DNA from: Malacoraja senta
Lineage: Eukaryota
Length of the DNA stretch: 64,000 nucleotides
Direction of reading: 5' to 3'
Assembly (NCBI GenBank): GCA_038087875.1
Contig: JAXLNO010000202.1
Coordinates: 248,001-312,000, forward strand
A model generated the notes under the pieces. The model was not told where the DNA came from. It made no database searches and worked only from the letters and a program-made list of their open reading frames with translations. The position numbers and the translations under genes were made by a program. Below are positions 48,996 through 64,000 of the stretch, piece by piece (position 1 is the first letter of the stretch; every line of letters starts with the position of its first letter).

Positions 48996-51900
48996 TGGTT
49001 TTAAACTGAATAAGGGGGGTGGGGTGTCAAATGGGATAGTCGAGGATGGAGTTAAAGGAAAGAGAGTAAAGGGATGGTTAATGACCCCAGAATTAATGGG
49101 AAAGGAAGCTCACAAAGGGATAGGAGAGTATGACCAAGTGTAATAGGGATCGATGTGAAAGGTGAGATGCGTAAGGAATTAAAAGTATTGTATATGAATG
49201 CTCGAAGTATAGGAAGTAAAGTAGATGAGCTTGAGGCTCAGTTACAGGTTGGTAGATATGACATTGTGGGGATTACTGAGACGTGGCTGCAGGAGGATCG
49301 GGCCTGGGAACTTAATATTCAGGGTTAGACATCCTATAGAGAAGGACAGGCAGGTGGGCAGAGGAGGGGGTAGCTCTGCTGGTGAGGGATGGAATTCAGT
49401 CCCTTGCGAGGGAAGACATAGGGACTGACGAGGTAGAGTCACTGTGGATTGAGTTGAGGAATTGTAAAGGCAAGAAGACACTAATTGGTGTTATTTACAG
49501 ACCCCCAAATAGTAGCCCGGATGTAGGGTGTAAGTTGCAGCAGGAGTTAAAACTGGCATGTAACAAAGGGAATGCCACTGTGGTGATGGGGGATTTCAAT
49601 ATGCAGGTAGACTGGGAAAATCAGGTTGGTTCAGGACCCCAAGAAAGAGAGTGTGTAGAATGTCTCCGAGATGGATTCTTAGAGCAGCTTGTAATGGAGC
49701 CGACCAGAGAAAAGGCAATTCTGGATTTAGTGTTGTCCAATGAACCAGATATGATAAGAGAACTCGAGGTAAAGGAACCGCTTGGAGGTAGTGATCATAA
49801 TATGATTCGTTTTAATCTGCAATTTGAGAAGGAGAACATTAAATCGGAAGTGGCAGTGATGCAGTTGAACAAAGGGGACTATGAAGGCATGAGAGGGGAG
49901 CTGGCCAAAGTAGACTGGAAAGGGATCCTAGCAGGAATGATGGTGGAACAGCAATGGCAGGAATTTCTGGCATAATCCGGGAGACGCAGGATCATTTCAT
50001 TCCAAAAAGGAAAGAAAGATTCTAAGGGGAGTAGGAGGCAACCGTGTCTGACAAGAGAAGTTAGGGATAGAATTAAACTAAAAGAAAAGATGTATAACAC
50101 AGCAAAGAGTAGCCGGAAGCCAGAGGATTGGGAAACTTTCATAGGACAACAGAAGGAAACAAAACGGGCAATATGGGCTGAAAAGATGAAGTACGAGGGG
50201 AAGCTGGCCAGGAATATAAAGAAGGACAGTAAAAGCTTATTTAGATATGTTAAGGGAAAAAGAGTAGCAAAGTCAAATGTGGGTCCCTTGAAGGCAGACA
50301 CGGGTGAAATTATTATGGGGAACAAGGAAATGGCAGAAGAGTTGAATAGGTACTTCGGATCTGTCTTCACTAAGGAAGACACAAACAATCTCCCAGATGT
50401 ACTGGAGGACAGAGGATCTAAGGGGGTAGAGGAACTGTAAGAATTTTTCATTAGGCATGAAATAGTATTGGGTAGGCTAATGGGACTGAAGGATGATAAA
50501 TCCCCTGGGCCTGATGGTCTACATCCCAGGGTCCTCAGGGAGGTGGCTCTAGAAATAGTGGACGCACTGGTGATCATTTTCCAATGTTCAATAGATTCAG
50601 GATCACTTCCTGTGGATTGGAGGATAGCTAATGTTATCCCACTTTTCAAGAAAGGAGCGAGAGAGAAAACGGGGAATTACAGACCAGTTAGCCTGACTTC
50701 GGTGGTGGGAAAGATGCTGGAGTCAATTATTAAAGAGGTAATAATGGGGCATTTGGATAGCAGTAAAAGGATTAGTCCAATTCAACATGGATTTATGAAA
50801 GGGAAATTATGCTTGACTAATCTTCTGGAATTTTTTGAGGATGTGACAAGTAAAATGGATGAAGGGGTGCCAGTGGATGTAGTGTATCTAGACTTTCAGA
50901 AAGCCTTTGATAAGGTCCCGCACGGGAGACTGGTGACTAAAATTAGAGCACATGTATTGGTGGTAGGGTGTTGACATGGATAGAAAATTGGTTGGCAGAC
51001 AGGAAGCAAAGAGTAGGAGTAAACGGGTCCTTTTCAGAATGGCAGGCAGTGGCGAGTGGAGTGCCGCAAGGCTCGGTGTTGGGGCCGCAACTGTTTACCA
51101 TATATATTAATGATTTGGAAGAGGGAATTAGGAGCAACACTAGCAAGTTTGAGGATGACACAAAGCTGGGTGGCAGCGTGAACTGTGAAGAGGATGTTAG
51201 GAGGTTGCAGGGTGACCAGGACAGTTTGAGTGAGTGGACAGATGCGTGGCAGATGCAGTATAATATAGATAAATGTGAAGTTATCCACTTTGGCGGCAAA
51301 ATCAAGGGGGCAGATTATTATCTCAATGGGGTTAGGTTAGGTAAGGGGGAGGTGCAGCGAGACCTGGGCGTCCTTGTACACTGGTCACTGAAAGTTGGCG
51401 TGCAGGTACAGCAGGCAGTGAAGAAAGCTAATGGAATGTTGGCCTTCATAACAAGAGGATTTCAGTATAGGAGTAAAGAGGTTCTTCTGCAGTTGTATAG
51501 GGCTCTGGTGAGACCACATCTGGAGTATTGTGTACAGTTTTGGTCTCCTAATTTGAGGAAGGACATCCTTGTGATTGAGGCAGTGCAGCGTAGGTTCACG
51601 AGATTGATCCCTGGGATGGCGGGACTGTCATATGAGGAAAGATTGAAAAGACTAAGCTTGGAGTTTAGAAGGATGAGGGGGAATCTTATAGAAACATATA
51701 AAATTATAAAAGGACTGGACAAGCTAGATGCAGGAAAAATGTTCCCAATGTTGGGCGAGTCCAGAACCAGGGGCCACAGTCTTAGAATAAAGGTGAGGTC
51801 ATTTAAGACTGAGGTGAGAAAAAACGTTTTCACCCAGAGAGTTGTGAATTTGTGGAATTCCCTGCCACAGAGGGCAGTGGAGGCCAAGTCACTGGATGGA

Positions 51901-52053
51901 TTTAAGAGAGATAGAGCTCTGGGGGCTAGTGGATATGGGGAGAAGGCAGGCACGGGTTATTGATAGGGGACGATCAGCCATGATCACAATGAATGGTGGT
52001 GCTAGTACGAAGGGCCGAATGGCCTCCTCTTGCACCTATTTTCTATGTTTCTA
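48996..52053 (+). mobile_element. CR1 LINE with essentially complete but disrupted ORF2 (APE endonuclease + RT)
   Basis: LKVLYMNARSI..DIVGITETW (~49180), GVIYRPPN, MGDFN, SDHN, KSPGPDG, NYRPVSL, QHGF, PQGSVLGP, KFEDDTK, GTGY*; several stops and frameshifts. Confidence 0.95.
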
Positions 52054-53232
52054 GAAATGCTCACTTTCCAAACGCTTGCTTTATAGGTTGCAGAGACAAA
52101 GTCAGTTTGGTTTATTGTCACGGGTACCGAGGTACAGTAAGAAGCTTTTGTTGCGTGCTAACCAGTCAGTGAGTGCAAAATTGCAAAATGGAGGCCGGGA
52201 TGAGGAACTTGAGTCGCAGAAACAGGCCCTTCAGCCCAATTTGCCCATGCTGATCAAGATGCCCCATCTGTTAATCCCATGTTTGGCCCATATCCCACGA
52301 AACCTGTCCTATCCATGTACCCGTCCAAATGTCATTTAAATGCTGTTCTGGTCCCTGCCTCAACTACCTCCTCTGGCAGTTCATTTCATCCAGCACCACC
52401 CTCTGTGCTGGATGAAAACATTGCCTCTCAGATTCCTATTAAATCTTTCCCTTCTCAACATAAACCCATGTCACCTCTACCCTGCGTAAAAGACTCTGTG
52501 AATTCACGGGTGACGTGAATTATGTGAGGTTACGGGAGAAGGCAGGAGAATGGGGTTAGGAGGGAGAGATAGATCAGCCACGGTTGAATGGTGAAATAGA
52601 CTTGATGGGCCAAATGGCCTAATTCTGCTCCTATCACTTATGACCTTATGACCTATAAGAACACCCCTCAGGAATGTAGTCCCCATAAATGTCCAGCTAA
52701 ATAGCCTCAGGGTGTCTGAATAGGGTGACCAAAGCTGTCCCCAAATCTTGCACACAATTCTATAATTCACAATAACATCCCAACTTCTAAACTCAATATG
52801 TCTAGGAAGGAATTGCAGATGCTGGTTTATACCAAAGATAGACACAGAGTGCTGGAGCAACTCAGCGGGTCAGGCAACATCTCTGGAGAACAAGGATGGG
52901 TGAAGTTTCGGGTCGGGACCCTTCTTCACTCTAATGCACGGAGTCAGGCGATATGGGGAGAAGGCAGGAACAAAGCACTGATTGTGAATGATCAGCCATG
53001 ATCATATTGAATGGCGGTGCTGGCTCAAAGGGCCGAATGGCCTACTCCCGCACCTATTTTCTATGCTTCTATGTTTCTATGTTTCAGACTCCAGAGATGC
53101 CATCTGACCCACTGAGTTAATCCAGCACTTTGTATCTATTCAATTCTGATTTTCGGTACTGTCTGCGTGGAGTCTGCATGCTTTCCGTGTGACTGCTTCC
53201 ATTTCCTCCCATATCCTAAAGACGTGTGGTTT

Positions 53233-53897
53233 AACCATATAACCATAACATATAACCATAACTGCACGGAAACAGGCCATCTCGGCCCTTCAAGTCCGTG
53301 CCGAACATTTAATTTTTTATTTTTTATTTTTATTTTATTTTATTTTTTTAATTAAAAATAAAATACTTCCCCCTAGTCCCATCTACCTGCACTCAGACCA
53401 TAACCCTCCATTCCTTTCCCGTCCATATACCCATCCAATCTATTTTTAAAGGATAACATCGAACCTGCCTCCACCACTTCCACTGGAAGCTCATTCCACA
53501 CAGCTACCACTCTCTGAGTAAAGAAGTTCCCCCTAATGTTCCCCCTAAACTTCTGTCCCTTAATTCTCAAGTCATGTCCCCCTTGTTTGAATCTTCCCTA
53601 CTCTCAATGGGAAAAGCTTATCCACGTCCACTCTGTCTAACCCGCTCATAATTTTAAAGACCTCTATCAAGTCCCCTCTTAACCTTCTGCGCTCCAAAGA
53701 ATAAAGACCTAACTTGTTCAACCTTTCTCTGTAACTTAGTTGCTGAAACCCAGGCAACATTCTAGTAAATCTCCTCTGTACTCTCTCTATTTTGTTGACA
53801 TCCTTCCTATAATTAGGCGACCAAAATTGTACTCCATACTCCAGAATTGGCCTCACCAATGCCTTGTACAATTTTAACATTACATCCCAACTTCTAT
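53233..53897 (-). mobile_element. CR1 LINE 3' end, third subfamily, inserted in a V-SINE
   Basis: ORFs 53572-53880 and 53373-53570; (ttatatgg)n tail. Confidence 0.88.
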
Positions 53898-54962
53898 AGG
53901 TTTGGTAAGTTAGTTGGCCTCCAGTGTGTAGGTAGCGGTGAAATCTAAGGGGAATTGAAGAGAAGGCATGGGATTAGTGTAAAGGGGTGTTTGATGGTCA
54001 GTGTAGACTTGAGGAAGGTTGTGCTGGCTCCGGACAGGGTCCAGAGGAGGTTTACAAGAACGATCCCAGGAATGAGTGGGTTAACCTATGATGAGCGTTT
54101 GTCGGCACTGGGCCTGTACTCACTGGAGTTTAGAAGAATGAGGGGGGACCTCATTGAAACGTACAGAATAGTGAAAGGCTTGGATAGAGTGGATGTGGAG
54201 AGGGCTAGTGGTGGGAGTCTAGGGCCAGAGGTCACAGCCTCAGAATTAAAGAACCTTTCTACAGGAAGGAGATGAGGAGGAATTTCTTTTAGTCAGAGGG
54301 TGGTGAATGTGTATAATTCATTGCCACAGATGGCTGTGGAGGCCATCAACGGATATATTTAAGGCAGAGATAGATAGATTCTTAAGAAACATCTGTGCAG
54401 TTACATTGGATAGGTCAGGTTTAGAGGGATATGGGCCGAATGGGTGTGGGAAACGGGTGGTGAATCTGTGGAATTCTTTGCCACAGAGGGATATTTTTAA
54501 GGCAGAGATAGATAGATTCTTGATTAGTACGGGAGGTTATGGGGAGAAGGCAGGAGAATGGGGTTAGGAGGGAGAGATAGATCAGGCATGATTGAATGGT
54601 GGAGTAGACTTGATGGTCTCATTCTGCTCCATACACATGCACTTGAAGGGCTGAATGGCCTGTTTCTGTGCTGCCTGTCTATGACTACATCAAGACACTG
54701 AATCATTGGAAATGAATGAATCAACCTTTGCCCTGCGTCAACTGTGCGGGTTGTTAAAGGTATTTAACTGTTGCACTCAGGAAAGGTCAGAGTTATTAGA
54801 AATCCATCCACATTCATCTTAGTAGTTCAAGGTAACTGCTCAACATAGACAAAGACTAATGTAAACTGGCAGCGAGTCGGAAACAGTCATTCAAATCTCT
54901 TTGCTGCAATCCTATCACACGCACAGCCGGGACTGGGAGACATAGTGCGGAGGGAACGAGCT

Positions 54963-55160
54963 GTGTAGGAAGCAACTGCAGATGCTGGTTTACACCGAAG
55001 ATAGATACAGAGTGCTGGAGTAACTCAGCGGGTCAGGCAGCATCTGTGGAGAACATGGATAGGTGACGTTTCGGGTCGAAACCCTTCTTCAGACTGAGTC
55101 AGGGGAGAGGGCAGCGAGAGATATAGACGGCGATGACTGAATGTAGAGAGATATTTGGAC
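54963..55160 (-). mobile_element. Penelope-like pLTR fragment
   Basis: Same pLTR string through ...ccagcatctgcagttgcttcctacaca. Confidence 0.78.
55065..55092 (-). ncRNA. Minimal hammerhead ribozyme motif
   Basis: Minus strand CUGAAGA-A-GGGU(UUCG)ACCC-GAAACGUC. Confidence 0.7.
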
Positions 55161-55470
55161 AAATGAATGAATTGTGTGTTTGCTTCACTGGGGACCAATG
55201 CGATTGCGGTAGAATCCTTTGTAGTAAACAACATGGAGGTTTCAGATGCAGTGCAGGCTGCCGACACTCTACTGGCAAAGTGGTTCAAATGAGTCACGAC
55301 GCACTCCACACTCAATGAAATGAATTTAATATCCGTCTTGACAGACAGGCAGCAGTCTTCAAAGGATCAACTGTCAGGGCTGCTGCTTTATGGGATGTTG
55401 AAAAATATTGGAAAATCATTTTCTTTCCTCATCAAAAACAATGCATCATGGTTAATGAACTGTGATTCCA

Positions 55471-55507
55471 CTCTCTCTCTCTCCCCCCCCCCCCTCCCCT
55501 CCCCCCC

Positions 55508-55572
<65 letters not shown>

Positions 55573-55636
55573 TCTCTCTCCCTCTCTCTCTCTCTCTCTT
55601 CTCCCTCTCTCTCTCTCCCTCTCTCTCCCCTCTCTC

Positions 55637-55672
<36 letters not shown>

Positions 55673-55750
55673 CCTCTCTCCCTCTCTCTCTCTCCCTATC
55701 TCTCCCTCTCCCTCTCTCTCTCTCCGTCTCTCCCTGTCTTTATCTCTCTT

Positions 55751-55817
<67 letters not shown>

Positions 55818-55834
55818 TCTCTCTCTCCGTCTCT

Positions 55835-55896
<62 letters not shown>

Positions 55897-55993
55897 GTCT
55901 CTCCCTGTCTCTCTATATCTCTCCCTCTTCCTGTCTCTCTCTCTCTCTCTCTCTCTCTCCCTCTCTCTCTCTCCCTGTCTCTCTCTCTCCCTG

Positions 55994-56025
<32 letters not shown>

Positions 56026-56036
56026 CCCATCTCTCC

Positions 56037-56070
<34 letters not shown>

Positions 56071-56205
56071 GTCTCTCTCTCCCTGTCTCTTCCCTGTCTC
56101 TCTCTCTCTCTCTCCCTCTCTCTCTCTCCGTCTCCCCCACTCTCTCTCTCTCTACCTCCCTCCCACTCTCTCTCTCTCTCCCTTTTCCCTCTCTCCCTCC
56201 ACTCC
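55471..56205. repeat. (CT)n polypyrimidine tract
   Basis: Direct. Confidence 0.98.
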
Positions 56206-56993
56206 CAGTCCCATGGAGACGGCCGATGAAACAAAGCAAGTTCACGGGGGCACTCTGCATGGGTTTATTTACCAAACCCGAGTGTGTGTTTCATTAGGAG
56301 GCAATGAAATGATAACCGGTGTGAATGGGATTTCAATGATACCGCAAGCTCTGCTTTTCGACTTGAATCCGGCATTTCATGTCGCTGAACGCTGTCTGCT
56401 GTTTACTAAAGGATGCTTGCCAGAAACTGCAGGTGACCGCCCGCCTGCCCGCCCGCCCGCCTGCCCGCCCGCCTGCCTGCCCGCCCGCCTGCCAACCACT
56501 AACCATGTAATAAAGGAGCAGATCTCAAGGATGTAACACCTCCACAAGTTTCAGATCGCATCGATACGCCCTCGTGAATTTGTCTCGTCGCTTTTACATT
56601 CATCTTCCATTCCTTGCTGCACCCGCGCCTGTTCATAATTCATCAGGTCGTGATAGGAGCAGAATTAGGCCATTCGGCCCATCAGTCTACTCCACCATTC
56701 AATCATGGCTGATCTATCTCTCCCTCCTAATCCCATTCTCCTGCCTTCTCCCCATAACCCCTGACACCCGTACTAATCAAGTATCTATCTCTGCCTTAAA
56801 TATATCCATGGACTTGTCCTCCACATTTGATTCTTACACATTAAGCTCCGTGTTATCGCTAATCAATTTTATTGCTGGAATTCTTCACTCGTAGGCGACA
56901 GCATGTCACATTTTCAGAGTGATATAGAGGACAATTGATCACTGACAATAGTGTCGACAAGCTGGGGGGGGGGTGGGGGGGTGGATGTCAGCA

Positions 56994-60355
<3,362 letters not shown>

Positions 60356-60555
60356 NNNNNNNNNNNNNNNNNNNNNNNNNNNNNNNNNNNNNNNNNNNNN
60401 NNNNNNNNNNNNNNNNNNNNNNNNNNNNNNNNNNNNNNNNNNNNNNNNNNNNNNNNNNNNNNNNNNNNNNNNNNNNNNNNNNNNNNNNNNNNNNNNNNNN
60501 NNNNNNNNNNNNNNNNNNNNNNNNNNNNNNNNNNNNNNNNNNNNNNNNNNNNNNN
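60356..60555. other. Assembly gap, 200 N
   Basis: Direct. Confidence 1.

Positions 60556-64000
<3,445 letters not shown>

Overview
Repeat-dominated eukaryotic DNA, most likely intronic or intergenic sequence from a cartilaginous fish (skate/ray). The taxon is inferred from HE1/V-SINE-like tRNA SINEs that share 3' tails with abundant HER1/CR1-type LINEs. I cannot support any host protein-coding gene. All protein-like ORFs are decayed retroelement fragments (CR1 APE/RT, Rex1-like RT C-terminus, Penelope-like RT and GIY-YIG) or artefacts of simple repeats. The most notable features are: (1) Penelope-like pseudo-LTR fragments carrying minimal hammerhead ribozyme motifs (CUGA[A/C]GA-A-GGGU(NNCG)ACCC-GAAACGUC), with dispersed 66-bp tandem arrays that reiterate the ribozyme's GAAACGUC half; (2) a four-layer nested insertion containing a solo LTR with an ATAT target-site duplication; (3) a CpG-rich, non-coding ~0.75-0.85 kb retroposon family present in four copies; (4) a perfect RFX X-box palindrome in unique DNA; (5) a ~3.4 kb duplication across a 200-N gap that is probably a haplotype-overlap assembly artefact. 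Family names come from motif recognition by eye, no database searches were run, and boundaries are approximate.
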